DNA of 64,000 bases from positions 15,260-79,259 of the forward strand of contig JACKGR010000004.1 in assembly GCA_020631895.1 (NCBI GenBank), given 5' to 3'. The position numbers and the translations under genes were made by a program. Positions 36,511 through 46,793 of this stretch are shown here, one piece after another. The first letter of the stretch is position 1. Every line of letters starts with the position of its first letter. Under the pieces are notes generated by a model. The model searched no databases, was not told the DNA's origin, and saw only the letters and a program-made list of their open reading frames with translations. This stretch comes from Candidatus Nomurabacteria bacterium (GTDB taxonomy: Bacteria; Patescibacteriota; Saccharimonadia; Saccharimonadales; UBA7683).

Positions 36511-37062
36511 TTAGACTTTCATGATTTCTTGCTCTTTAGCTTTATGAGCAGATTCAATTTTTGATTGATACTCAGTAATTGCATCAGTGATTTGGCTATC
36601 GACTCTTTTGTAATCGTCTTCAGTAATTTCTTTTGAATCCTTAAGTCGCTTAGCTTCTTTAAGTGCATCATGTCTGATGTTCCTCAGGCTTACTCTAGCT
36701 TCTTCTACAGTATCGCCCAGAGATTTAACTATCATTCTTCTACGTTCCTCTGTTAGGGGTGGCATCGGTACTCGAACAACTCTACCGTCATCAGTCGGGT
36801 TTAAGCCCATAGATTGATCATTTCTGATAGCTGTGGCAATAGCTTGAAGATTAGTCGGATCAAACGGCGTAATTTGAAGAAGTTGTGGCTCAGGCGCAGT
36901 AATGTTAGAAACCTGGTTTAGTGGCATCATTTGTCCATAAACTTCGACCATCAAACCTTCAACTATGCTAGGGTGCGCTCTACCGGTTCGCACTTTTTTA
37001 AGCTCATCCTCAAGATGATCCACCGCTGCCTGCATTTTATTTTTTTGGCTTTGTAAATCCAT
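36511..37062 (-). CDS. frr: Ribosome recycling factor
   Basis: 183 aa. RTGRAHPSIVEGLMVEVYG and LTEERRRMIVK motifs. Confidence 0.95.
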   Translation of the reverse strand: MDLQSQKNKMQAAVDHLEDELKKVRTGRAHPSIVEGLMVEVYGQMMPLNQVSNITAPEPQLLQITPFDPTNLQAIATAIRNDQSMGLNPTDDGRVVRVPMPPLTEERRRMIVKSLGDTVEEARVSLRNIRHDALKEAKRLKDSKEITEDDYKRVDSQITDAITEYQSKIESAHKAKEQEIMKV

Positions 37063-37107
37063 AAGTCTCCTTGTTATATCTAGTATTATACAAGACTCAG
37101 TCTTTAC

Positions 37108-37704
37108 TTAGTTAACTTCGCCAAGTTCGATTCTTTTGAATTGACGAATTACGGTGTTTTCGCCAAATTTTGCAATATTTTCTTTTAAGAACTGCTCTAC
37201 TGTTTGATCTGGATTTTTTATGTATGGCTGATCAAGCAAGCACTTTTCAGCGAAGTGTTTTTTGAGCATTCCTTCAACAATATTCTCTATCATGTTGTCT
37301 GGCTTGCCATCATTCTTAGCTTTCTCTTTAAACTCCTCTGCTTTTGCATCACGTTCGCTAGCTGGTACTTGCTCGCTAGAAACAAACTCCGGTGCAGATG
37401 CGGCAATGTGCATTGCAATCTCATGAACAAACTCTTTAAATCCATCTGTTCTTGCTACAAAGTCAGTCTCGCAGTTAACTTCAACGATTACACCGATTCG
37501 GCCACTGTGGACGTAGGCATCGACAATGCCCTGTCTTGCCTCGCGCTCACCTTTTTTCTCAGCTTTTGTTAAGCCCTTTTTTCTTAGAACTTCTAGAGCT
37601 TTATCAAAGTCACCATCTGCATCTGTTAATGCTGCTTTAGCATCAGTTAAACCGATTCCAGTTAATGCTTTGAGTCTCTTAATATCATCAATTGAAACTG
37701 CCAT
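37108..37704 (-). CDS. tsf: Elongation factor Ts (short form)
   Basis: 198 aa. IKRLKALTGIGLTDAKAAL UBA-like N-terminus. VEVNCETDFVART core. Confidence 0.92.
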   Translation of the reverse strand: MAVSIDDIKRLKALTGIGLTDAKAALTDADGDFDKALEVLRKKGLTKAEKKGEREARQGIVDAYVHSGRIGVIVEVNCETDFVARTDGFKEFVHEIAMHIAASAPEFVSSEQVPASERDAKAEEFKEKAKNDGKPDNMIENIVEGMLKKHFAEKCLLDQPYIKNPDQTVEQFLKENIAKFGENTVIRQFKRIELGEVN

Positions 37705-37719
37705 ATAATCTTATCCTTT

Positions 37720-38433
37720 CTATTCTTCTGTCTTTGCAACTTTTTGCTTTGCTTTTCCTTCATTTATCGCTGAAACCACATACTCAAGTAGTAATTGGAT
37801 GGCCTTTAACGCATCGTCATTTGCAGGTATCGGGTAATCAATGTTTCTTGGGTCTGAGTTGCTATCAACAACACCAATAACAGGTACGCCCAACTTTCGA
37901 GCCTCTTTGACCGCAAGGTGGTCTACACATACATCTGTAACGTAAACTAGGCCTGGCTTGCCCTGAAGATCTTTAATACCGCCATAAAGATAGTTCATCT
38001 CGTCGATTTCTTCTTGGAATCTTTGTACCTCGAGTTTGTTGTATCGATTGGCAAGCTCACCGCTAGCCATCTTATTTTCAAGATCTTGAAGGTGCTTGAT
38101 TCGACCGTTCATAGTCGTAGTGTTTGTTAGCATACCGCCAACCCAACGGTTCACAACATATGGCATGCCAGTGTCTTCGGCCGCTTTTTTTACAATCTCA
38201 ACTGCTTGTCTTTTTGTTCCTACCAAAAGCACTTTTTTGCCATCTGAAACCGCTTTTGTGATTACAGGCAAAACTGCCTCAACCGCCTCGACAGTCTTAG
38301 TCAGATCAATAATATGATTACCGGCTCTTTTACTGTGAAGATATGGAGCCATTTTTGGGTGCCACCGACTTGTTGAGTGACCAAAATGCGCACCCGCCTC
38401 TAATAGTTTTTTAATGTCTACAGATGTAGCCAT
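37720..38433 (-). CDS. rpsB: 30S ribosomal protein uS2
   Basis: 237 aa. LLEAGAHFGHSTSRWHPKM, VLLVGTKRQA, RWVGGMLTN. Confidence 0.96.
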   Translation of the reverse strand: MATSVDIKKLLEAGAHFGHSTSRWHPKMAPYLHSKRAGNHIIDLTKTVEAVEAVLPVITKAVSDGKKVLLVGTKRQAVEIVKKAAEDTGMPYVVNRWVGGMLTNTTTMNGRIKHLQDLENKMASGELANRYNKLEVQRFQEEIDEMNYLYGGIKDLQGKPGLVYVTDVCVDHLAVKEARKLGVPVIGVVDSNSDPRNIDYPIPANDDALKAIQLLLEYVVSAINEGKAKQKVAKTEE

Positions 38434-38581
38434 GATAGTTTAATCCTTTCGTTCTTCGCGGTAAGCAACCAATTGAATCTAAAGTTAGATTACAACCAGA
38501 AGGATTTTCTCACCGTTGCTTAATTTATTACTAGGTTATTCTAACAGATGGTGCACTTATCCGCAACAGGTGGTAACGATA

Positions 38582-38610
38582 TTGACTATTAGCTCATTAA
38601 CAGATATACT
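38582..38610 (+). promoter_or_regulatory. Sigma70-like promoter for rpmE
   Basis: TTGACT (38582..38587) - 17 nt - TATACT (38605..38610). Confidence 0.4.
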
Positions 38611-38685
38611 GGCTCAGTAATAAAACTAAAGCGACTGCAGGTGGCCACTGCTAACCGCTCAACTCTAATGGCCAGGAGAAATATT

Positions 38686-39078
38686 GTGAAGAAGGATCTG
38701 CACCCAAGCAGCTATCGACCAGTTGTCTTTCAGGACACATCTAATGGATTTGCGTTTTTAACACGCTCAACCGCTGATACTCAAGAAACCATTAAGTGGG
38801 AAGATGGCAACGAATATCCTCTAGTAAAGATTCACATCTCTAGCCAGTCTCACCCATTCTTCACCGGTGAAGAAAAGATTATTGATATCGAAGGTCGAGT
38901 TGATAAGTTTAAGGCTAGAGCTGAAGCTGCTGCAAAGGCACGTGATGCCAAACTTAAAGCTGCAAAAAAGCCGGCCAAGAAATCCGCTACCAAGGAGTCT
39001 AAAAAAGAAGATTCGAAAACTACTCCAATAGATGAAGCTGTTGAAACAAAAACCGAAGAAGCATCAAGCGAAGAGTAA
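38686..39078 (+). CDS. rpmE: 50S ribosomal protein bL31, type B (no CxxC), with ~55-aa Lys/Ala/Glu-rich C-terminal extension
   Basis: AGGAGA SD 6 nt before GTG 38686 gives [10 protein letters not shown], the usual bL31 start. SHPFFTG motif. The ORF-track start 38641 is an upstream GTG. Confidence 0.88.
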   Translation: MKKDLHPSSYRPVVFQDTSNGFAFLTRSTADTQETIKWEDGNEYPLVKIHISSQSHPFFTGEEKIIDIEGRVDKFKARAEAAAKARDAKLKAAKKPAKKSATKESKKEDSKTTPIDEAVETKTEEASSEE

Positions 39079-39091
39079 ATACAAACCCTTA

Positions 39092-39127
39092 AAAAACACC
39101 GCCATTATCAATACGGCGGTGTTTTTA
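39092..39127 (+). terminator. Rho-independent terminator after rpmE
   Basis: ACACCGCC-(11 nt)-GGCGGTGT followed by TTTTT. Confidence 0.65.
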
Positions 39128-39146
39128 GTAAGATATAGTTAAGATT

Positions 39147-40199
39147 ATGGACAACACAAAGCAGCTAAGAGATGAACTTGCAAAACTAACAGAGCAACTT
39201 AGTGCTCCGGATGCTTTTTCTGATCCAAAAATTGGTGAGAAGAATCGACGGCACGCTGAGCTCAAAGAGATTATCTTAACTTTTGATGAGAAGGATACTC
39301 TATCGGGTCAACTTAAAGAGGCTAACGAAATGCTTAGAGCTAACGATAGCGAGCTATCAGAACTTGCCAAGCAAGAAATTCCGGAGCTAGAGGCTAAAAT
39401 ATCTTCATTAGAAGAGAAATTAACAGAACTGCTAACGCCTAAAGATCCTAACGATCACAAAAACGCCGTTATTGAAATTAGAGCTGGCGCTGGCGGAGAT
39501 GAGGCTAGCCTATTTGCTTCAGAGCTTCTTAGAATGTATCTACGCTACTGCGAGACCCACAACTTGAAAACCGAGATTCTTAGCGAGAACGCTAACGATT
39601 CGGGCGGACATAAAGAAGTCATCATACTAGTCAAAGGCGAAGGCGCCTATAAGCAACTAAAGTTTGAGGGTGGAGTGCACCGCGTACAAAGAATCCCCGC
39701 AACTGAGAGCCAGGGCCGAATACACACATCAACCGTTACAGTTGCGGTCATGCCAGAGGCTGAAGAAACCGATGTTGAAATTAATGATGCAGATCTGAAA
39801 ATTGATACATACAGGGCATCCGGCCATGGCGGTCAAAGCGTCAACACCACTGATTCAGCTGTCCGTATCACCCACCTTCCAACCGGCATTGTTGTAACCA
39901 ACCAAGACGAAAAATCTCAAATTAAAAACAAACTAAAAGCAATGAGTGTCCTCCGCTCTCGCCTACTACAAAAGCAAATCGATGATGAGAATGCCAAACT
40001 TTCTGATCAACGAAAATCACTAATCGGGTCTGGTGACAGATCTGAGAAGATTAGAACCTATAACTTCCCCCAAGATCGAATCACCGACCATCGCATCGGT
40101 TACTCAAGAAGCAACATCCCACAAGCAATGAACGGTGACATAGAGGATCTAATCGAAAACCTCCAATCCTACGAATCTCAAATGTCTCGAGGTAATTAA
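39147..40199 (+). CDS. prfA: Peptide chain release factor 1
   Basis: 350 aa. PAT tripeptide ([14 protein letters not shown]) and GGQ (SGHGGQSVN). Confidence 0.96.
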   Translation: MDNTKQLRDELAKLTEQLSAPDAFSDPKIGEKNRRHAELKEIILTFDEKDTLSGQLKEANEMLRANDSELSELAKQEIPELEAKISSLEEKLTELLTPKDPNDHKNAVIEIRAGAGGDEASLFASELLRMYLRYCETHNLKTEILSENANDSGGHKEVIILVKGEGAYKQLKFEGGVHRVQRIPATESQGRIHTSTVTVAVMPEAEETDVEINDADLKIDTYRASGHGGQSVNTTDSAVRITHLPTGIVVTNQDEKSQIKNKLKAMSVLRSRLLQKQIDDENAKLSDQRKSLIGSGDRSEKIRTYNFPQDRITDHRIGYSRSNIPQAMNGDIEDLIENLQSYESQMSRGN

Positions 40200-40201
40200 T
40201 T

Positions 40202-40717
40202 ATGGGGAAGTATTTGATAGCAGGTCCTCCTGGTTCTGGAAAAAGTTCAGTTATAATAGAACTCAAATCTAGAGGCTTCAGCGCATACGATACAGATAGT
40301 CATCCAGGTGCAACTAGGCTCCAAGATAAAAATGGCAATAATGTGCCGTGGCCTAGTGGTACAATCGACTGGGAAAAATATGAATGGAACTGGCAGTCCG
40401 ATGTAATAAACAAACTTCTTATAAGTAGCCCTGATGTGTTTTTGGGTGGTATAACAACTAGAAACAAAGAGATGTACCGTCTTTTCGATAAGATTTTTGT
40501 AATATCTATCAACGATGAAATACAAACTCAGAGATTACTTGGAAGAAAAAACAAAGATTATGGCAAGCACCCTGACCAGCTCGCCGGTGAGCTAATCTAT
40601 CGCCCAAAACTTTATGCAGAGTTTGCTAGACTAGATAATTCGTCACAGATTGATGGAACATTATCAATAACTAAAATTACAGACAAGATTCTGGAAGAAA
40701 CGGGATTAATTTCATGA
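40202..40717 (+). CDS. Small P-loop NTPase/kinase-like protein of unknown substrate
   Basis: 171 aa. Walker A GPPGSGKSS at the N-terminus. Tightly packed between prfA (2-nt gap) and the TrmH-family gene (4-nt overlap). Confidence 0.6.
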   Translation: MGKYLIAGPPGSGKSSVIIELKSRGFSAYDTDSHPGATRLQDKNGNNVPWPSGTIDWEKYEWNWQSDVINKLLISSPDVFLGGITTRNKEMYRLFDKIFVISINDEIQTQRLLGRKNKDYGKHPDQLAGELIYRPKLYAEFARLDNSSQIDGTLSITKITDKILEETGLIS

Positions 40718-41502
40718 TTCCCATAATCACAAGTACATCTAACCCTAAGATTAAGTGGGTTAAAAGTTTGCAGAAGAACTCTACTCGTAAAGACGAGGGT
40801 GTGTTTGTTGTTGAGGGAGCCAAAGAAGTTGGTTTTGCGGTCGACAATGAGTTTCTACTCCATTCTATATTTGTCTGCCCAGATATATACGGCCAAGTTC
40901 CATCTTTTGGAGACAATATTGAAATTTACTCTATAAACAAAAATTGCTACGAGAAGATTGCTTATCGAGGATCAACAGATGGAATAATTGCTGTTTTTCA
41001 TAACAAAATTAAAAAGCTGGATGATCTTACTATGGGTGAGACCCCATTTTTTATCGTTGTTGAATCGATCGAGAAGCCTGGTAACCTTGGTGCGATAATC
41101 AGAACAGCGGATGGCGCTGGAGCCGATGGAGTCATCGTTTGCGATGAAAAAGTTGATATCTACAACCCGAACGTCATAAGAGCGAGCGTTGGCACAGTAT
41201 TTTCTACACAAGTTGTATCTACAGATGTAAAATCCTTGCTGGATTTTTTAAATAAGCATGAGATTACGTCTTATGGTGCAATATTATCTGATAATTCAAC
41301 AAAATATTCTGAATCAGATTTCACCAAACCGACAGCAATAATTCTAGGCGATGAACACAAAGGCCTAAGCTCTATCTGGCATAATAATTCAGAACCAATC
41401 CAGATACCAATGCTAGGAAGTAACGACTCTCTTAATGTAAGCAATGCCGCAGCGATCTTAGCTTATGAGGTCATTCGCCAAAGAAAGTCCACTTCAGAAT
41501 AA
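40714..41502 (+). CDS. SpoU/TrmH-family RNA 2'-O-methyltransferase (RlmB-like)
   Basis: 262 aa. EKPGNLGAIIRTADGAG, IILGDEHKGLS, IPMLGSNDSLNVSNAAAILAYE SPOUT motifs. Confidence 0.8.
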   Translation: MIPIITSTSNPKIKWVKSLQKNSTRKDEGVFVVEGAKEVGFAVDNEFLLHSIFVCPDIYGQVPSFGDNIEIYSINKNCYEKIAYRGSTDGIIAVFHNKIKKLDDLTMGETPFFIVVESIEKPGNLGAIIRTADGAGADGVIVCDEKVDIYNPNVIRASVGTVFSTQVVSTDVKSLLDFLNKHEITSYGAILSDNSTKYSESDFTKPTAIILGDEHKGLSSIWHNNSEPIQIPMLGSNDSLNVSNAAAILAYEVIRQRKSTSE

Positions 41503-41505
41503 GCC

Positions 41506-42318
41506 ATGTTAACTGTCCAAAATTGGCTATCAAATAATACACTAAGGCTTATGAAAGCCGGTATCGATTCCGCTAGGATAGATTGCCTTGTCATGCTAGA
41601 AAAAACCTTACAAAAGCAACGTGAGTGGCTACTAGCACACGGCGAACACTTAATTTCACACTCTAAGGAAGAAGAATTAAATAATATGTTGAGTGAGAGA
41701 TTGAGTCACAACCCTCTTGCATACATTACCGGATATAAAGAATTTTACTCTAGAAATTTTGTCGTCAATCCAAACGTTCTAATACCACGACCAGAATCTG
41801 AAGATATAATCGACTCGCTTTTAATGCTCGATAGAAGTTTTATTGAAAACGTAATAGATGTCGGTACCGGGTCGGGCTGTCTTGCAATAACTGCCAAACT
41901 TGAACTTCCGGATATTAAAATTGTAGCAAGCGATAACTCTGAAAATGCCATATTTATTGCCAAGCAAAATGCAAATCTTTTGGGTGCCAAAGTTGAGTTT
42001 AAAAAATCAGATTTACTCAAATCTATCACGGTAAACGATAAAACTGTTCTTCTGGCTAACCTCCCATACGTGCCTGACGGTTTAATTACATCTCAGGAAA
42101 TTATGATGGAGCCATCTACAGCAATTTTTTCTGGAGAAGAAGGGTTTGATCATTTTATAGAGTTCTGGAGCCAGCTCGCGGATATAAAAGCTCAGGCAAT
42201 AACTGTTATTGCGGAGAGTCTAATTAATCAACATGTCAAGATGATGGAATTAGCAAAAAAATCAGGATTTAATCTCATTAGAAAAAAAGGTTTAGTTCAA
42301 GTTTTTTTGCGAGCCTAA
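41506..42318 (+). CDS. prmC: Release-factor glutamine N5-methyltransferase PrmC/HemK
   Basis: 270 aa. VIDVGTGSGCLAI motif I. Motif IV is NLPY (ANLPYVP) instead of the usual NPPY. In the prfA operon. Confidence 0.82.
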   Translation: MLTVQNWLSNNTLRLMKAGIDSARIDCLVMLEKTLQKQREWLLAHGEHLISHSKEEELNNMLSERLSHNPLAYITGYKEFYSRNFVVNPNVLIPRPESEDIIDSLLMLDRSFIENVIDVGTGSGCLAITAKLELPDIKIVASDNSENAIFIAKQNANLLGAKVEFKKSDLLKSITVNDKTVLLANLPYVPDGLITSQEIMMEPSTAIFSGEEGFDHFIEFWSQLADIKAQAITVIAESLINQHVKMMELAKKSGFNLIRKKGLVQVFLRA

Positions 42319-43484
42319 ATATTTGGTGCTTTATCAAGCTTGATAGTTACTGATCTGGTCTCACCACCACTTAGTACGGTTAATTTTACCGAATCTCCTA
42401 CTGCGTAACTGCCAATGACTGTATTTAAAGGATGGTCAGAATCAAGAGCTCTATCATTTATTTTAGTAATGATGTCGCCAGGTCTCAAACCTGCCTTCTG
42501 CGCCGGACTCCCCTCAATAATAGAATCAGTGTCTGAGCTAATAAGTGCGCCATTGTCGGCCTCTAAATTTAACTGTTTGGCTATCAACTTATTAACCATG
42601 ACAAACTTAACTCCTAAGAATGGTCTCTGTACCTCTCCAGTTCTTTTTACGCTAGCAATTATGCCCTTGGTCTCGTTGATAGGTATAGCAAATCCAATAT
42701 TTTGAGCATCGGCTGCAATAGCAGTATTTATGCCTATTACTTCACCACTATAGTTGAGTAGCGGGCCACCGGAATTACCAGAGTTAATAGCAGCATCTGT
42801 CTGAAACAAATTTGTCAGGCTCTCTGATTGGCCACTATCCTGATCTCCCGCCTCAATAGGTCTGCCCACACCTGATATGATACCGGTGGTGACAGTATTT
42901 TGGAATTGGCCTAAAGCATTTCCGATTGCAATCACCTTTTGACCAGTTTTTACCGAGTCGGAATCTCCTAGTTTTGCAGGTATAAAATCTTTCGGATTTT
43001 TTACTTTTAAAATCGCTATGTCGTTTAATGGGTCTCTGCCAAGAACTGAAACGTCTTCATATACTGTTCCGTCTGAAGTTACTATTTTGACTGAACTACT
43101 TCCCTCGGGGACTACGTGTTTGTTAGTAAGAAGCGTCCCGTCAGCATCAATTATTACACCGGTACCTGCTGCTTGGCCAATGACTGATCTTTGACCAAAA
43201 TATGAGTTAACAATACGGTTTTGTTCAGTTATTACCGAGACCACGCTTTGGCCTGATTTTTTTGAGATATCTGAAATTACCTCGCCCTCTGATACAATAG
43301 TTTGTCTACTCTGCTCACTTCTCAAAGAAGGGCTAGTTCTTATTGCTACAATATAACCAACGCAAACTAAAATTATTCCAATTAATATAAAAATTACTGT
43401 TGCAAGAGCCAATAATGCAATTTTAACTGAATTGCCGGTTTTTGTTTTTTTGTCATCTGCTTTTGATAAAGATTTAGTACTCAT
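42315..43484 (-). CDS. HtrA/DegP-family serine protease with PDZ domain
   Basis: 389 aa. TM anchor. Triad contexts TNKHVV, NDIAILKV, GNSGGPL. C-terminal PDZ (GLRPGDIITKIND). Confidence 0.87.
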   Translation of the reverse strand: MSTKSLSKADDKKTKTGNSVKIALLALATVIFILIGIILVCVGYIVAIRTSPSLRSEQSRQTIVSEGEVISDISKKSGQSVVSVITEQNRIVNSYFGQRSVIGQAAGTGVIIDADGTLLTNKHVVPEGSSSVKIVTSDGTVYEDVSVLGRDPLNDIAILKVKNPKDFIPAKLGDSDSVKTGQKVIAIGNALGQFQNTVTTGIISGVGRPIEAGDQDSGQSESLTNLFQTDAAINSGNSGGPLLNYSGEVIGINTAIAADAQNIGFAIPINETKGIIASVKRTGEVQRPFLGVKFVMVNKLIAKQLNLEADNGALISSDTDSIIEGSPAQKAGLRPGDIITKINDRALDSDHPLNTVIGSYAVGDSVKLTVLSGGETRSVTIKLDKAPNI

Positions 43485-43506
43485 TAAACCTCCAATTGTT
43501 TTTGAT

Positions 43507-44280
43507 CTAAAGTATTGGGCTCCATCCTGAACTAATTAAAAGTGCAGCAACTGAGATTACGCTGAGAAGCGTGTTCTCAATAACTAGATTTCTGGTTAAT
43601 TTATCATTTTTATAGGCGTGATAAAGACTACCGAGAGTTAAGGAAATAATTGTAATAAAAATCGTAACACTTGCAATCAAAAGACCGCCCACTGAGAAGT
43701 ACTGTACCCAATGTAAAGCAAACCAGACTGTCTGAAGAGTAATAAAACTCCAAAGTAAGCTTAGTGCTCGGTAATGTGGTTCATCATAGTTGCTAAAATA
43801 ATGCCTTGCTGCTGCCCAAGATACAACCCAAGATAAAGCGCATACGAGTACAGCATGTTTCACTAATTCGGTTGAACCAAACAACATAGTTATGCCCAGA
43901 GTTTGCGCTGTAATTGCCTGAATACTTATCCATAACGCGCTACTCCTTGGCTTAATAAAGAGCAGCCAAATTGCATAAAGTCCAATCCAAGCGTAAGCAA
44001 CAGTAGATTCTTTGGATTGATGCATGAGTCCCACACTACTAACCCCAACCACAACATCTACTAAGTTAGCTTTTATATTGGTTACCCAGAACCTTGGCTG
44101 AACAGCTAGAGTTCGCCATTTACTAAGTAGCACTAACACTATTGCAAGTGGAGTTAGTTGCCAAATCAGCACCATAGCGCCGAGCACCAAACTAAATCCA
44201 ACATTTACACCAAAATGAAGTAAATCACCGGTATCAAAACCTGGCCGTTTGCCCCAAAAAGATTTTTTTGCCTGTAACAT
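43507..44280 (-). CDS. Hypothetical polytopic membrane protein
   Basis: 257 aa with ~8 hydrophobic spans. No motif recognised. Confidence 0.6.
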   Translation of the reverse strand: MLQAKKSFWGKRPGFDTGDLLHFGVNVGFSLVLGAMVLIWQLTPLAIVLVLLSKWRTLAVQPRFWVTNIKANLVDVVVGVSSVGLMHQSKESTVAYAWIGLYAIWLLFIKPRSSALWISIQAITAQTLGITMLFGSTELVKHAVLVCALSWVVSWAAARHYFSNYDEPHYRALSLLWSFITLQTVWFALHWVQYFSVGGLLIASVTIFITIISLTLGSLYHAYKNDKLTRNLVIENTLLSVISVAALLISSGWSPIL

Positions 44281-44306
44281 TTCTTCAACTAGTATAACAC
44301 TTTATT

Positions 44307-45959
44307 TTATTGGGTGGATGAACTAGTTGAGGCGCTAGACTTTCCTAAGATAATTAAGAAGTCTGCCTTATATTTTGATGCCTCAGGTACCGATGTTTTA
44401 TCTGATGCCGTCGTAGATAAATCTTTGAGCAGATATGATTTTGTTTTGGGTTTTTTGCCCGCAGAATTATCAACAACTATACTAGTTGGCCTGTCTACGC
44501 TAGCATTTGATATTAAAATTACCTCTACGCCCTTCTCAGATAATTTTTCAGCATATTTTTGAGCAAGCCCTGTTTGACCACTACCATTTAGGACTACTGC
44601 CGTGGCTGCTTCTGTTACCAATGGATCGGTACTTGTAAGTTTTTTAAAGAACAATTTTATATCTGCAAAGTTATTTATTCCTGCTTGTGGCATTACAATA
44701 CTTTGGCCAGAATACATACCTGTTGTTACTAAGGGTTCATCCGGATTAGCTAGATCGATAGATTTGATATTTGAAGATTTAACCTTTTTAGATAATTCAT
44801 GAAGTCTTCTTAGCTCACTTGTGTTAAAGTTTGTCGATACATTATCACCCGCGGCATCTAATAAACCACTAATTTTAGCAGGATTCGATAAGACGCCGAC
44901 GCTCAGCGCCTTGTCTTTTAGTGCTATCAGCATTTTACGTTGATACAATGTTCTATCAAAATCGCCTCTGCTCATGCCATATCCACCCTTGGCATTTCTA
45001 GATCGTGCCAACGCAAGTGCGTGTAATCCGTCTAGCTTATTGACTCCATTCTTTAGCCTAACTGGGCCACCGTCTTTAGGCTGAATGTTTGGATCGTAGA
45101 TACCTCGCGGATCATTGCTTTCAACAGTAATTTCTATACCACCAACTGCATCAACCGAGTCTTTAAATGCAGTGTAATCAATTTTTCCGTAATAATGTAT
45201 TGGTACGCCAAAATTTGTACTGACTATCTTTGAGAGGAGCCCCATGCCACCTTTTGGATAGCCTGGCTCATCAAATTTAACCGACTCTCCACACTCAAAT
45301 GCATTATTTATCTTGCCAGCATAACCAGCGGCACACTGCTCATCGTATTTGACCCACAAATCTCTAGGAATACTAGTAGTAAACGCGGTATTGTTTTTTG
45401 TATCGACACTAACTAACATAATCGAGTCTGTTAATGACGCGCCTCCGTGATCTGGCCCATCATCCTCCGAAGTTCCTGCGAGTAAAATATTAACCCGTCC
45501 CTCATCCTCACCTTTTAATTTTGTAGTCCTTAGAAGCCCCAAGACGTTACCATCAAAAACTTTTGATGAAGTCTGCAAAAACTTCCATCCAAAATATCCG
45601 CCTACAATCAATAGTAAAACAAGAATAAAAATAATGATTCTCTTCTTCTTTTTACTATTTTTTTGGTTGCCTTCGGAGTTTTTTAACTCTCGCTTCTTTT
45701 TAAATTGCCAAAAATGCGGCTTTTTGATTGGATTTTTAGCTTCAGGATTACCACCAAGCTCAAGATTTAATGTATTATCATCAGTCCATCTCTCGCTCTC
45801 AAAAGATATTTCCTGAGTAGCTGGCGATCTTCTAATAAACCCTTCTTGTGAAGACTGTGAGGCGTTAGATTTTTGTCTATTCGTACCTAAATTAGCTGGC
45901 CGTCTTCGGACAAAGCCATCAACACTAGAATTATTTATTGTTCTATTTTTTGGTCGCAT
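44307..45959 (-). CDS. LytR-CpsA-Psr (LCP) family cell-wall glycopolymer ligase with C-terminal LytR_C-like domain
   Basis: 550 aa. Basic cytoplasmic tail, single TM, LCP core (NILLAGTSEDD, SLTDSIMLVSVD, RSRNAKGG...DFDR). Confidence 0.85.
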   Translation of the reverse strand: MRPKNRTINNSSVDGFVRRRPANLGTNRQKSNASQSSQEGFIRRSPATQEISFESERWTDDNTLNLELGGNPEAKNPIKKPHFWQFKKKRELKNSEGNQKNSKKKKRIIIFILVLLLIVGGYFGWKFLQTSSKVFDGNVLGLLRTTKLKGEDEGRVNILLAGTSEDDGPDHGGASLTDSIMLVSVDTKNNTAFTTSIPRDLWVKYDEQCAAGYAGKINNAFECGESVKFDEPGYPKGGMGLLSKIVSTNFGVPIHYYGKIDYTAFKDSVDAVGGIEITVESNDPRGIYDPNIQPKDGGPVRLKNGVNKLDGLHALALARSRNAKGGYGMSRGDFDRTLYQRKMLIALKDKALSVGVLSNPAKISGLLDAAGDNVSTNFNTSELRRLHELSKKVKSSNIKSIDLANPDEPLVTTGMYSGQSIVMPQAGINNFADIKLFFKKLTSTDPLVTEAATAVVLNGSGQTGLAQKYAEKLSEKGVEVILISNASVDRPTSIVVDNSAGKKPKTKSYLLKDLSTTASDKTSVPEASKYKADFLIILGKSSASTSSSTQ

Positions 45960-46045
45960 ATAACTTATCTACGAGTATACCGGCTTTAACAAAAGCGGTA
46001 AACCCCGTGATTTATATTATTAGTACTGGTATACTTAAATCAGAT

Positions 46046-46783
46046 ATGAGTCAAAACAGTCAAAATAAACCTACGCAGAACGATAGCCAAATTACCATGC
46101 CTAATCAAACATCTCAACAAACAGAGTCAAAAGACGCCACACAAGAAAATACCGACCAGAACCTTGTCCATTCTTCCCAGGATTCTGAAATAGCAAGCTC
46201 TGATGTGACCGAAAATAAGCCAAAAAAAGAAGGTGGCATTGTATCACTCTTTGTTACAATTATCGTCGCTCTCTTGTTAGTTCAGGTTATAAATGTATTT
46301 TTTCTGCAAAGCTACCGCGTATATGGTAGTAGCATGTACTCAACTCTCTCAAATAACGATCGACTCATAATATCAAAATTTAGTAAAACAGCATCAAAAA
46401 TTACTGGTAAAACCTATCAACCAAAACGTGCAGACATTATTGTTTTTCAAAGCCCAGTTGATCCAGATATACAACTAATTAAACGTGTTATTGGTCTACC
46501 TGGTGACCGAGTTGTCGTTAAAGATGGTAGCATTACTGTTTATAACAAGGAGAATCCGAACGGTTTTAATCCCGACAATGCACCTTACGGAGAAGATTTG
46601 CCAAAAACTAGTGGTAACGCCGACATTACTGTTCCTAAAAATCACATATTTGTAAGTGGAGATAACCGTGAGGGTGGTAACTCGCTAGACTCACGCAACG
46701 AGCTTGGTACTGTGCCTGAAGAGAATATTATAGGCACTCTCAAAGTCCGAATTTGGCCCCTAAACGACGCCAAATTCTTTTAA
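46046..46783 (+). CDS. lepB: Signal peptidase I
   Basis: ATG 46046 (MSQNSQNK) avoids overlap with the divergent LCP gene. Catalytic Ser context GSSMYSTL, Lys context IKRVIGLPGD, GDNREGGNSLDSR. Confidence 0.87.
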   Translation: MSQNSQNKPTQNDSQITMPNQTSQQTESKDATQENTDQNLVHSSQDSEIASSDVTENKPKKEGGIVSLFVTIIVALLLVQVINVFFLQSYRVYGSSMYSTLSNNDRLIISKFSKTASKITGKTYQPKRADIIVFQSPVDPDIQLIKRVIGLPGDRVVVKDGSITVYNKENPNGFNPDNAPYGEDLPKTSGNADITVPKNHIFVSGDNREGGNSLDSRNELGTVPEENIIGTLKVRIWPLNDAKFF

Positions 46784-46793
46784 ACCAACTGTT

